A stretch of 64,000 nt of DNA from the NCBI GenBank assembly GCA_951406725.2, contig OX597839.1, forward strand, positions 16,492,001 through 16,556,000, in the 5' to 3' direction. The notes under the pieces were generated by a model, which was not told where the DNA came from, did no database searches, and saw nothing but the letters and a program-made list of their open reading frames with translations. Below are positions 24,778 to 38,480 of this stretch, one piece after another. The position numbers and the translations under genes were made by a program. Position 1 is the stretch's first letter. Each line of letters begins with the position of its first letter. The DNA is from Octopus vulgaris. Lineage: Eukaryota.

Positions 24778-25400
24778 ACTTCATGTAGCAGATCCTGCTC
24801 ATTTCATCTAGTAGATCTTGCTCACTTCATCTAGCAGCTCTTGCTCACTCCATCTAGCAGATCTTGCTCATTCCATCTAGCAGATGTTGCTCACTGCACC
24901 AAGCAGATCTTGTTCAGTTCATCTAGCAGATATTGCACACTTCATCTAGCAGATCTTGTTCAGTTCATCTAGTAGATTTTGCTCACTCCATCTAGCAGAT
25001 CTTGCTCACTTCACCAAGCAGATCTTGTTCAGTTCATCTAGTAGATGTTGCTCACTTCATGTAGCAGATCTTGCTCACTTCACCAAGCAGATCTTGTTCA
25101 GTTCATCTAGCAGATGTTGCCCACTTCATCTAGCAGAACCTGCTCACTTCATCTAGTAGATCTTGCTCACTTCACCAAGCAGATCATGTTCCTTCATCTA
25201 GCAGATCTTGCTCAGTTTATCGAGCAGATCTTGCTTAGTTCACCCAGCAGATCCTGCTCATTCATGTAGTAGATCTTGTTCACTCAAGCAGATCATGCTC
25301 ACTTCATCTAGATCTTGCTCATTTCATTTAGCAGATCTTCCTTACTTCATCTAGTAGATCTTGTTCACTTCACCTGATAGATTTTACTTCATCTAGCAAA
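24778..25400. repeat. 22-23 bp minisatellite CTTCATCTAGCAGATCTTGCTCA
   Basis: About 25 tandem units directly downstream of exon I. Confidence 0.92.
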
Positions 25401-25654
25401 CCTTACACATTTCATTTACCAGAGCACAAACATAAATAATTAAACATTCTGAAAAAAAAAAAAAAAGAGGGATATTTGCCATTATAAGCACCAATTTAAG
25501 AGAAAACAAATATGATCTATCTCACAGATGAGGCTTGAATGATAGGACTGTTGATTGTCAGGTAACTGCATAAATTCCACTGCAGTTAGTGTGTATTTTG
25601 AAATAGTTATTACTATAAAGGATCGTCTTATAGTCTAACTGTTCCATTTTATGT

Positions 25655-25800
25655 ATTCCAATTCCACTGACGTCAACTTTGCCTTTCATCCTTTTGGGGT
25701 CGATAAATTAAGTACCAGTTACACAATGGGGTCGATGTAATCGACTTAATCTGTTTGTCCCCTCTATGTTTAGCCCCTTGTGAGCAATAAAGAAATAAGA
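25655..25800 (+). mobile_element. SINE family D
   Basis: GTCAACTTTGCCTTTCATCCTTTTGGGGTCGATAAATTAAGTACCAG. Confidence 0.75.
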
Positions 25801-26947
25801 AAGGTTGAGCTAGTAGAAAAAAAATTCCTCCACTAACTTAGACTGTGTACTCCCCTATATAAGAGATGGTTTTTAGATTGTTCAGGAGGATTTAGTTGAT
25901 ATGTTGAATGACAATAATCTCAATGGAAGCTCTTTTCCTGACTGACTTAAAGATGTAGCAGATTCCAAACAGAATAGCTGGATGACCAAGTAGACATCAC
26001 GGCCAAGCCACAGTAGTCTTACGTGATTAGCCAATTAACCGACATTGACTGGCTGGTTTGTTTCCTGAAGGACATTTATTATATTAGGTGACTATATCTA
26101 TGTAGATGAACCCCTGATTGATTTGTATGGACCATGAATGATTTAGTGACATTTCGGGGTGTTTGTGGAGCTCCACAAACATTTTCCACTATTACATTGA
26201 ACAGGTTGGGTGATTATATAACAGTGTAAATTTATCTAAGTCTGTATACTGTGAGAAAAAAGGTAGTACTGACATCATCTTTTCTTGATATAGATACTGT
26301 GTAAATTATTTATGCTATGTAAGTAGCTCTTAGAAATATACCAGGTGTTTCCTTGAAAAATAAATTCTGAAACATATTTATAACCTAAAATATGGAAAAA
26401 ATGAAATAAATAGGGCAGGAAACAGGATGCAGAGTAGATTAGATTTTAGGGTGTAGAAGGGGAGATTTAGTAAAATATTTAGATAATTAGCCAAGTTAAT
26501 ATATATCTAGATTTATATATATATATATATATATACTGTTGTGTCTGGGGAGAGTCATTCTTTTTTGGTGCCTTATAATTTAACACACTCACTGGTAAAA
26601 TTTCAACTTATTTATTTTTATTTTTCTAAAATTTTCATTGTCTTGCAACCTTTTCAATCAATAGTTGTTGACTGTCCGTTACTCACACTGCTTTCCTTTT
26701 TGTTTGTTTGTGCGCATGTCTGAGTGTGTGTGTTTTGCAACTATGTACTGTGTTTGTATGTATGGATGTGCATCTCCATATGTGAGGATATGTGTCTCCA
26801 TATGTGTTCTTGTGTAAAGTGTGTGTGTATATATGATCATGTGTTTCAGTCTCCATTTGCATATGTGTGCTTGTTTGTTCATATAACCTATGTAAACTAT
26901 CCGTCTGTATGTTGATGTTTTCTTTCATATCCATATGCTTACATACA

Positions 26948-26998
<51 letters not shown>

Positions 26999-27375
26999 TC
27001 ATACACCCACACACACACATACATACATCTATCTACATAACAGCCCACTGACTATTCTACTCTACCCGTTTAAACTGTGGGTTTGATATCTACTATGTAT
27101 ATTTCCTATTTAGTATAGGGCATGTTTCATTTATGAGGACATACTCCTGTATTTGTCTGAGTGTTGGGTCCTTTGGGTGCTTGGATAAGATGTGGATCTC
27201 AAGTTGACCCAGGTTACCTCCATGTTGGTAGCGTATGGAGGACTTTTTTTTGTCGTCATATTATCTTAAATGTTCGTCCTGATAGGTTCAGCTTCTTGAG
27301 GTCATTCTTCAGTACTTCATCCCGCATGTTCCATCCGCAAATATATTATTTTTGAGAGAACATGAAATCATTCTT

Positions 27376-27565
27376 TTTGGAAGAGTGGGTCTCAAAACAC
27401 ATAAAGCTATAAATATCAGTATGTAAATATCAGGTTTAAAAAAAGCCCTTTGTGGGATGGAATCTCACAGACAGCCTTTGAGTTTTTCTTTCCAAAATAT
27501 TCATCCCAATAGTACATGCCATTACTTATAGCTTTATGTGTGCTTCGAGATCCACTATTCCTAAT
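27376..27565. mobile_element. Small MITE-like inverted-repeat element (related copy ~36530-36665)
   Basis: GGAAGAGTGGGTCTCAAAACACATAAAGCTATAA is mirrored by TTATAGCTTTATGTGTGCTTCGAGATCCACTATTCC. Confidence 0.65.
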
Positions 27566-27664
27566 AAAAAAAATTATATGTAGTTTTTTTTATGTTGCCT
27601 TCACAACATGCCTTGTTTTTATGTTTACTAATTTTCTTTTCTTTTTCTTTTTTTAATCTTCTAG

Positions 27665-27877
27665 CTATCTATGGGCCCTTACACATTCATATTGTTCATT
27701 GTCGTCCTTATTGTCGCCGTGTTCTTCATTTTCTTCTTCGTCCCGGAGACGAAAGGCAAGACTTTCGAAGAAATCCAGCGCATCCTGGCCGCAGGGAAAG
27801 TATGGAAGAAACATACACCTCTGCCGGCAGATGAAGTTGTTGGGGAGAACGTACCTATGGACACAACCAAAGTATAA
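27665..27877 (+). CDS. SLC2A-like: SLC2A/GLUT terminal coding exon J (213 nt incl. stop)
   Basis: polypyrimidine tract+ctag|CTA TCT ATG. Translates LSMGPYTFILFIVVLIVAVFFIFFFVPETKGKTFEEIQRILAAGKVWKKHTPLPADEVVGENVPMDTTKV*, containing the PETKGKTFEEI motif. Confidence 0.95.
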   Translation, partial: LSMGPYTFILFIVVLIVAVFFIFFFVPETKGKTFEEIQRILAAGKVWKKHTPLPADEVVGENVPMDTTKV

Positions 27878-28221
27878 CACAGAGAAGAAAGAAGTGGATG
27901 ATGAGGAGGAGGAGCAGGAGCAGGAGAAGGATACACACATCTCCACCATCACACACGCACACACTCGCGTCTTTGTTTTTATGTTCTGTAGGTTATGAAT
28001 AATAATAACAGCATCAACATTAGCAGCAGGAGCTGAAAGGTCATTAAATAAAGGAGGGAGGGAGGGGGAGGAGATGGAGTAGGTTACTTTCGAATGTGTT
28101 CGTGCATGCATGCATGTGTGAGAGTGTGTATGTGAGGTTTCCTGTGAGAGTGAAACATCTTTTCACCAACCACCCAGTTGTTGCTTTCTATAGCAAACCA
28201 TCTCTCTCTCACTCCCTCTCT

Positions 28222-28611
<390 letters not shown>

Positions 28612-28869
28612 GGTTCCAGGGTTTGGTTCAGTCCACCCTACAGCTTGCCCAAATTTGTCGTCTTAGGGTTTAAATGTGTAAATGATTATAGTGACTGGTT
28701 CTCATATGCTTCTTAGATGGCAAACACTAGCTGCAACCATGAGAAAACTGTAGCCTGCATTACTTTCTGAATGGCACCAAAAATGAAAATTGCCTTGGAG
28801 CTTAAGCCATGTCTCTCCTGTAGCCCACTTCTCAAAAAAGGATGCCCATGCCTGCACTACAGTAATATC

Positions 28870-29195
28870 CTGTTCCAATCATTAGGCTGTGGCCATGCTG
28901 GGGCACTACCTTGAGGAATTTTAGTCAAATGAATCTAACCATCTCCCCAGTACATGTTTTTCCAAACCTGTTCTTCTTCTCTTGGTCTTTTTCACCAAAC
29001 TGCTAAGTTATGGGGATGTAAACATACCAACACCGGTTGTCAAGTGAGGGTGAGGGCAAACAAAGTCACACGTTAATATATATATATATGATGGGCTTCT
29101 TTCGGTTTCTGTCTACCAAATCCAGTCACAAGGCTTTGGTCAACCCAGAACCATAGTAGAAAACACTTGCCCAAGGTACCTCACAGTAGAATTGC
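28870..29195 (-). mobile_element. SINE family A, decayed
   Basis: GGCTGTGGCCATGCTGGGGCAC...TCTACCAAATCC...CACTTGCCCAAGG. Confidence 0.8.
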
Positions 29196-29589
29196 ATATG
29201 TCCACGTTTTAGTCACTGAGAGACTAAAATTACATGGTCATCAAAAGATCACGATTTGTAAAAATATACGTTTTATGCACATATATTTACAGATAAAATA
29301 TTTAATCTTTGGTACCAGAGTCTTTCTGGATAACTGATTTTTTTTTTTTTTTTTCAAAATCAGAGGTCACTACATTCTAAATTAAACAAATATCAAATTA
29401 CCTTAAATAATTAAATGAAATTCAGGTACCTGTACATTAGTATGAATGATACAAGTCTATCGATACAGTACTGTGCAAGATACTAATCTGTGAAAGGTAT
29501 CGGTAAACTTGTAATTTGAAGTTCTTACTCGTTAATTAGTGCAGATTATAAGAAACTGTAGACCATCAGCATGCAGAATGTTGGTGCTG

Positions 29590-29966
29590 TATTATATATA
29601 TATGTATATGTATGTATGTATTATATATATTATATGTGTATATGTATTATTACATATGTGTGTGTGTATATATATGTATGTATTATATACAAGTATTATG
29701 TATATGTATTTATAATATTTATTATATGTATATATATATACATATGTGTGTGTGTATGTATGTATTTATACATACATACATATGTGTAAGTTTGTGAGTG
29801 TATATGTATAACTAATCTGAGAGAGTTTTGTGCTGGGCACTTATCAAACTAACAATATATTTATTTATTTTTTATTTATATATAAGATGACCTGCTTATA
29901 AGATTAAGGCTATCCACAATGGAAATATAGAAATGAATACAGAAAATATACGTTTGTGTGTGTGTG

Positions 29967-30007
<41 letters not shown>

Positions 30008-30331
30008 CTTATAACTTATAAAGATCTAATTATATATATATATAAATATACACATATACATACATATATGTGTATACACATACATAAACATATATATATA
30101 TATATACATATATATATACATAAATATATATATGCACATACATATATATATATATACATATATCTAGATATACATATATATATACATACATATATATATA
30201 GATATACATATATATATGCATACATATATATATAGATATACATATATATATGCATACATATATATATATATCTTTATATACACATATATATATATATCTT
30301 TATATACACATATATATATATACACACACAC

Positions 30332-30388
<57 letters not shown>

Positions 30389-30400
30389 AGTATATATATT
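29590..30400. repeat. Compound (TA)/(TG)/(CA) microsatellite blocks
   Basis: Direct reading. Confidence 0.9.
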
Positions 30401-31084
30401 TAGTTCCATTTAGAAATCATGAAATTGATTCTTTTGTTTTAACTTTTTGTGCTGTCTGGGGTTGGAGGACCCATTATATCTGGCCTGCATCTTAAAAATT
30501 TCTTACTGGGGCTCCACACGTACCCAACTAATAACTCATCGGTCGTCTCTTTTCCTCCTTCCTCTCTCTCTCCCTCTCACGTTCTCCACTCCTTACAAAT
30601 ATTCTCCCCATGATTACTTTCCCCAAACACTGTAAAACCAAATTTATATTTATACCTGGACATGATTAATTGGACATGGAACACAAACTTTTAGAGATCC
30701 TCATTTTTTTTTTTTTTTCCATTTTTTATAGTATATAGCATGGGTTTTTTTTTTTTTTTTTAGTGAAGTCATTGGTTACCAAATTCCATACAGTCATAAA
30801 CAAAAGTTTGGAACATTAAAAAAAAAAAATTGTTATGCCCGAGTACAATTCGATTCAAATCTCTACAGCATAGGGATATACTTAACCAATCATTAATCCA
30901 GTGGTTCAATATCTAGAAGAACAAATTTTCAGACCTATGTTCCAAACTTTTGGCCAAGGAATATCTTGCAAATTAAATATAACTTTGTGCATTTAATATA
31001 AAAAATTCTAATTTTCGGACCTATGTTCCAGACTTTTAGCCACAACTATACCTTGTTAGTGGGGTGTGACTGGATCCTTTTTCT

Positions 31085-31115
<31 letters not shown>

Positions 31116-31805
31116 CCTCTTCGTTAATGCAGTGTTTGTTTTTTTTTCTATTTACCATTGGAATGGTAAATATTTGTTCTGCTATGTGTACTTGTTGTGC
31201 CTTGAGTGTATAAAAAGCATCATACAATATGAAAGTGATCAGTTTCACTGAGGAAAAAACTAGTCATTTTCTTACAAACATTTTCGGGTTTTTTTAATGT
31301 TATTTTCATTTTAAATTAATTTTTCATTTTTTTCTGTACTATGGTATGATTTGAAACCAGTTCTGCACTTTACAAGCTTAATGAAATACACTGAACTATG
31401 TCATGGACTTACCCTGTTTTTGGTGACACCTTTCAAACGAGCCCTTCTCAGGACCAGGTTATACCGTAACGTTCATTATGTGTACCACGCATGTGAAACA
31501 CATCAGTACACCAAAGTGAATTATTACACACTTTTATGATCTTGTCTCTGTACAGACATAAAAACTGCATGCATATGAATCTTATTGTTTATTTATGGAT
31601 GTAGTCAAGATGTGGCTGAAAAGAAAGGCTTCTTAGATATAACACCAGATTTGGTTCTGTTACAAACGTAAGTCTTAGATGTCTCCTTACACTATTTTAA
31701 TCAACCTACCTCAACTAATTTTTTTTTCATTTGTTTTTCCAAATTGTTATTTAATAAGTTACAAGTGATAAAGTAAAAACTGTTATTTTTATTATTATTA
31801 CTATT

Positions 31806-32362
31806 AAGGTGGTAAGCAGGCAGGTTGTTAGCTTGCCAGGTAAAATTCTTGGTGGCATTTCAGCTGCCGTTTTGTTCTGAGTTCAAATTCCGCCAAGGTC
31901 AACTTTGCCTTTCATCCTTTTGGGATAGATAAATTATGTACCAGTGATACACTGGGGTCTATGTTATCAACTACTCCCCTCCTACCAAATTTCAGGCCTT
32001 GTGCCTTTAGTAGAAAGGATTGTTATAGTTATTATTATTATTATTAAAGCAGCAATCAGGCAGAATGGTTTGCATGCCAGACAAAATGCTTAGCAGCATT
32101 TCATTTGTCTTCACATTCTGGGTTCAAATTCTGCCGAGGTCATCTTTGCCTTTTATCCTTTCAGGGTCAATGAAATAAGTACCAGTTGTGCACTGGGGTC
32201 AATATGATCGACTTAGCCCTCCCCCAACATTGTTGACCTTGGGTTAAAATTTGAAATTATTATTATTATTATTAAGGCAGCAAGCAGGTGAAATGCTTAG
32301 TGGTATTCACCTGTTGCTACATTCTGAGTTCAGATTCCAACAAGGTCGATTTTGCCTTTCAT
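31806..32362 (+). mobile_element. Three tandem SINE family D copies separated by (ATT)n tails
   Basis: GTTCAAATTC.GCC.AGGTC..CTTTGCCTTT recurs at ~31880, ~32125 and ~32330. Confidence 0.8.
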
Positions 32363-34496
32363 GCTGTCAATTACTTCCAAAGCCTGTAAAAAAACCAGGA
32401 TACTCTCCGAGCATGTGAGCCTTGAGGCTCAGTGTGTGTTTGTATGTATGTATGTATGTGAAAAGGGTAGGATCTACAATTACTATAAAGAAGAAAGAAC
32501 TCAATACATTTATAAAGTGAACATTTGTGATACTCTGGAATTCTCAATGTCTCACGGAGCCAGTGGTTTCATTCCTGGCTGGGAATCTTCTCACAAAATC
32601 CCAAATACACACACACACACACGTCTTTCCATTTATATATGCCAAACAGCCTGCAATAGCTTCAACATATACGTCCTTTATAGTTGGCTCTTGTGGTCAG
32701 ACTGATGTCCTGTTTGGCTTTAGCTGTCTTACATGAATGATGAGAGTGGTGTAATTGATGTCTTATTTGATTATATCATTCATATAAGTAGCAGTTCTTA
32801 GCTATTCCTACAAGACTTTTCTTGTCGTTATATTTCCATTTCATGTATGTTAGTACTCAAAAGCACTCCTGGGCAGTTTCATTTGCCCCTTCTGCACTCT
32901 AAAAATTCCCAATCCATGTTTTGCCGGATCATATCAAAGAGTGACAGGCAAAAGGTTATGACCAAAGTTCAAATTCCACTTTACATTTCCTTTTTCTATC
33001 CAATCCACCTGCCCCTAAAATTGTAATGCCTACCATAGAAATTCATCATTATCTTGGAAAAATAATCAGTAGAGCATCAGGCAAAATGCTTTGTGCTCTT
33101 TAATTATGTTCCTTTGCTTTCTGAGTTCAAATCCTGCCAAAGTCAACTAAGCCTTTCGCCCATCTGGGGTGGAGAAATATTAATGAAATGAATTACCAGT
33201 TGTGTACTGGAGTTGATTAATCCAGCCATGCCATTCCCTGCTCTCAGTCTTCTACGTGTATGTGCTAGCACCACCTACATCACAGACCGCTACAGTGGCA
33301 ATGGTGACACAAGAAGATACTAAAAAGGACATATAAACTTAGAGAAGGATAATGTCTGAAGAAAACAAGGTGGGATGGTCACTACTGGAATGTCTTTGAG
33401 CTGACTTGGGGGCTAGACAACAACAAAAAGAATGCACCAACTGTTAAAAGCCTAATATCAGACTAGTTCTGCAGGAGCATAAATTATAATTTTTGGGATG
33501 AAGAAATAGGCTAATGTTCTGGAAAGAGCAAGGCATTAGACAAAATGCCTTATTTATAGGTCTTAGTTTCATCCCTCTGTGTTTTGGGTTCAAATTTTAC
33601 CTGGGATAACCTTTGCCTTTAAATCTCTCTAGGGTTTATACAATAAAGTACCAGGCATAAACTGGGGGTGATTCAACTGACGTTATGCTGATGCACAGTA
33701 TAAACATTTCTTGTGATGATGAAGATTATGAAATGGGAACAAAAACATAAAAAACCCCCATCCTAATACTGAGCCAGTGGGACTAATGAAGGCCTGGTGA
33801 AAGCACTAACTAATCTTAATATATTCCGTGGGCAGGGTTGATAACCTGGAACAATAATGGTACAGCATCTGACTAAAATTACCGTCCGTATTCAATTATC
33901 ACCTCTCCCTACACATCCTTTAGTTTTAGCTCCAGGAGGTATATATTGTTCCTCGTCTCTTCAGAGTCACAAACACAAGTGCCAATTAGTAGGTGAGGAC
34001 AGTCAGTTCAATCACACCCTGTTCCCTGTTCACCTTTAAGAAAACAGAAATACACAAGTGGAATTTGTCTTTGAAACACTTAACTAGTTTTAGCTGTGGA
34101 ATAGGATTTAGGGACAATGATGGTGTGTGTGTAGGGGTGGACGGCTAGTATGTACTGAGGCACGTTTCATATACGATTGTGTGATTCAGTTGGTGATTGA
34201 ATGGGTGACAGTTTCAAATCTTACTGGGGGACAACACAGGGAGGAGTTGACTTGTGACACTGGCTGAAATGAAATTCCAAAGTGTTAATGGGTGAAATCC
34301 TACAACCACAGGCTTCACATTTGTTTGTGTCTATAAAATCAATAAAGAGTACAGCAAACTTGCCGTAGGGAGTGGAAAATCACAAAGTCTCAGATTTTCC
34401 ACTCCCCATGGCAATGGCAAGTTTGCTGTACACTATCGATGCAGACTAACACTAGCCTCTTTGAAGTCTGATCACATATATATTTGTGTGTGTGTG

Positions 34497-34546
<50 letters not shown>

Positions 34547-34585
34547 CACACATATACAGATACACGCATTATATATGTATATATA

Positions 34586-34616
<31 letters not shown>

Positions 34617-35474
34617 TGTTTTAATGAGAGGAGGTGGGACAGTGCCACAACCATTTTTTGGCAGGGTCTTTGAGACTGGTGGGAGGGTATGAAAGCAGGC
34701 AAAAAAACCCACCCCAAGTCATAGGTTATGCTTGAAACAGTTAAGGTGGACTTCACTACTTGCCAGCCAGTCAAATATTCTTTACTGGGTTTTGTTTTTG
34801 TTTTTTACCAGTTTCAATCAGTTGGTTGTGACCAAGTTGGAGCACTACCTTAACAAAAACAAAAAAATATATATATTAAAATAAAACTTTTTATTTTGTT
34901 AGCAGTATATCAATGAAGATTGAACTCATGACCACTGGGTTGTCAGACACATTAGTTCAAACCACCGGGTCTGATCATAAGCCAGAGACCTCTTGCTTTA
35001 CTCAGTGACATGAACCATTGAGCTTTAAGTATTTTGAGGCTTTTGTTGTACAACAATTAACACATGTACAGTTGTTAAATTTCATCACATCGCATTATAT
35101 CGCATTATATCACATTACCATGGACCATGAATATTGCATATGTTATCACACGGGTACAATAAATATTATAATAGAATATTGCTTTTATCATCACTAAAGA
35201 GACAGATTACAGACTGATTAGACTGCAAGCTGAGCTGCTAGAATTAGAAGCTATTCTCTTATGACTCTGGTGGCAGCAATGGTGGTGAGCTTGACATCAC
35301 TGGATCTGTATAACAGGACAGGGCTTCGGTGCCTAGAGATGCATGCTCTACTCATGTCCTGCAAACAGGTTTTATTTGTTTGAAGATGACTCAGACCTGA
35401 TGGTTAGGTCTTGACAGAAAATCTAACCAGTTTGGATTTTTTTTTTTTTTTAACTTGGAAGCACAAATAATAAT

Positions 35475-35715
35475 AATGGTTTCAAATTTTGGTACAAGGC
35501 TAGTAATTTTAGGGGACGGATGTTAGTCAATTATATCAACCCCAATACTTAACAGTACTTAATTTTATTGAAAACCCACCCCCGCCCTGGGAAGAATGAA
35601 AGGCAAAGTTGACCACAGCAGTATTTGAACTCACTCAGAATGTAAAATTCCGGAAAAAATTATATGCTAAGCATTTCGTTCAGAGCGCTAACAAGTCTGC
35701 CAGCTTACTGCCTTA
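35475..35715 (-). mobile_element. SINE family D
   Basis: ATGAAAGGCAAAGTTGACC...ATTTGAACTC. Confidence 0.7.
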
Positions 35716-36948
35716 ATAACAACAGTAATGATAAAAATAATTGCCTTGTCATGTTTCCTTTAGTCTCCCTCCTCCTCCTCTGCATATATCCTGAGTTCAA
35801 ATTCCATTAGACTTGACTTTGCCTTTCACCTTTCTGGGGTTTAATAAAATATGTACCTGTCTTGGTGCGCTGCAGGAAGAGGAGCTGGGTGTCCCTTTCT
35901 CTGCAAATTTGTGGCCTTGTGTATTAAAGTTAGGAATCTATATCATCTATATTATATTATTGTTGTTGTTGTTTGACAGAGGGTGGGTGAGATGAAGGGT
36001 AGACAGAATATGTGGTAGAGCATCAGACAGATTGTCTTGTATCTAGTCACAACCTTTTATGTTCCAAGGCCAGTTTTTGCCTTTTATCATTAGTCAGATT
36101 AATATAATCCCTCTCTATTAGTCAAGTGGGGCTGATATAATTGATTGTCTCTTACTCCTGAAAATGCACGGCCTTGAGACTATGTAAGAAACAAGTACTG
36201 TTCTTATAGAGAAAAGAATGGGGTGGAGGTTGGCTAAACATGCAATAAAGCACCTGACAAAATTGCTTTGAGGTATTCAGTTACATCCCTTTAGATATAG
36301 AGTTCAAATCTTGCTGGGGTCAGTTTCCTCTCAGACATCAGGGAAGGGGACAATAACATAAAGTGAATTACATCATCGATTTTAAAAAACAAATAATATC
36401 TGGCCCCTTGCTGATCTGAGACATCATCATCATCACTATTATTTTTATTCCTATGACTAGGGCAGTGTTTGGTCAAATTACTTGGCAGATTTAAGGCAAA
36501 AATTAAAAAGTAGAACATGAAATATTTTTATTTGGAATAGTATATCTTGAAGCATACACATAAAGCTATAAATAATAACATGTAAGTCTTGGGTTGAAAA
36601 ATTGATGGCTATTATTTATAGCTTTACATGTGTACTTCAAGATACACTACACACATTCTCCTGAAAGCTTATAAAAACAACAGAACATCTCATAATATTC
36701 CAGCTTGTGACATTTCTACCATGCCATACTTGAGGCTTAAAATTTCTGCTGGAGATCAGTTATCTGAATTTCACATTACCTTTAATCTTTTCCGGGCAGA
36801 AGATGTAAATAAACAGCAATAAACTGAAGTGGTAGTAGTAGTATAAGTATCGGTGTACCCACTTAATACAACTATGCCCTATCAGTCTGAATCTTCCCAC
36901 CTTTTGCCAAAATGTATCAACCTAGTGTCAGTATCCAATGCTATAGAT

Positions 36949-37267
36949 CAGTGGTTCTCAGCCAAGATCCATATGGCCCTTAAGGGTCCATATAAGATTG
37001 TTGGGAGGTCCATGCGACAAAATAGTAAATTAGAGATCCACAACAGTATCTTAAGGATTCATGAAAGAATTTTGCTTTCGATGTACGTATTGCAAGAAGC
37101 AGTTAGGTTTCTTTCTCTAACATTCACCTAAGGGTGAAAAACAAAACAGGAATTTTGAAAGAAGTTTCTATAAAACCAAGTTTTTAAACATTGAATGGCT
37201 GTGGGGTCCACAAGAGTAAAATATTAATCAAAGGGGTCCATAGATAAAAAACGGTTCAGAACCTCTG
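36949..37267. mobile_element. Non-autonomous hAT (Charlie-like) MITE
   Basis: TIRs CAGTGGTTCTCAGCC / GGTTCAGAACCTCTG; degenerate 8-bp flanks CTATAGAT / CTTGAGAG. Confidence 0.75.
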
Positions 37268-37659
37268 CTTGAGAGGTTTCCAAAATACAATGTAGACAAT
37301 TCCGGGTATTTTTAAGTAACTGCAAAAGGTTTTGCTGAATATACCTCAGTGCTGCTGAGGGTAATAAATTGCTATTTACTGTTTTTTTTTTTAATTTCGT
37401 TTTTCACATTTATCATTTTATTCATACAGACGTTGTCCCTCGCCTGGGCAGTAGTGTATAAATGTGTGTGTGCGTTTGTGAGGCCCATGTGTCTCTGTTC
37501 GTATAATATATGTGTAAATATCATTTGTATGTGAGTGCATGTATATGCATATTTACAATCACATGCACATGTACATTATATACATACATATATATATATG
37601 CATGTAGGTATGAATATCATTTGTGTGTGTGAGTGCATGTATATGCGTAGAGTGAAAGT

Positions 37660-37970
37660 GAGTGGCTCAGTGGTTAGGGTATTCAGCTCACGATAGCAAG
37701 GTCATGAGTTCAATTCCCGGCGGCACGTTGTGTCCTTGAGCAAGACACTTTATTTTACGTTGCTCCAGTCCACTCAGCTGGCAAAAACGAGTTGTACCTG
37801 TAATTCAAAGGGGTCGGCCTTGTCGCATTCTGTGTTGTGCTGAAAATCCCTGAGAATCTATATTAAGGGTACATGTGTCTGTGGAGTGCTCAGCCACTTA
37901 CACATTAATTTCATGAACAGGCTGTTCTGTTGATTGCATCAACTGGAACACTCATCATAAACAACTGAGT
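37660..37970 (+). mobile_element. SINE family C
   Basis: TGGCTCAGTGG A-box, GAGTTCAATTCCC B-box, TGTGTCCTTGAGCAAGACACTT. Confidence 0.85.
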
Positions 37971-38289
37971 GACGGTACATACATAGACACATACGTGCAC
38001 ATTATATATATATGTATATATATACATGTGCGAATGCATGTGTCTAAATATATATGTGTGTGTGTATGTTTATGTATAATATATGTGGATATAATTATAC
38101 GTGGTTTGTGTGAGTGCTTGTAATGATTAACGCTTCGTCAGAACTTCAGTGTTTTCGTATTATTTAGCCAAATAAGATCAGCAATAAAAATGTGGTTCTA
38201 TGTGTGTATGTATATATATATACATGCATATATGTGCATTCATGTGTTTGTGTGTGCGTGTGTGTGTATATATATATATATATATAAAT

Positions 38290-38480
38290 ATATATTGTAT
38301 AAAGGATCGTGGGTAAGGTCAGAACAATGCGAAGTAAATGCAAGGCAGATCACACGGAAACAAATATATGAATTAATGTAGACTTACCTTGCATTAATTC
38401 ATATATTTGTTTTCTTGTGATTTACCTGGCATTTACTTCGCATTGTTCTGACCTTACCCACGATCCTTTATACAATGTAT
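38290..38480. repeat. ~190 bp near-perfect palindrome
   Basis: ATTGTATAAAGGATCGTGGGTAAGGTCAGAACAATGCGAAGTAAATGC... is mirrored after a ~9-nt loop. Confidence 0.92.

Noticed and set aside
29200-31780. U-rich unique sequence suggestive of a long 3'UTR
   Set aside because: No unambiguous polyadenylation site can be assigned without transcript data.
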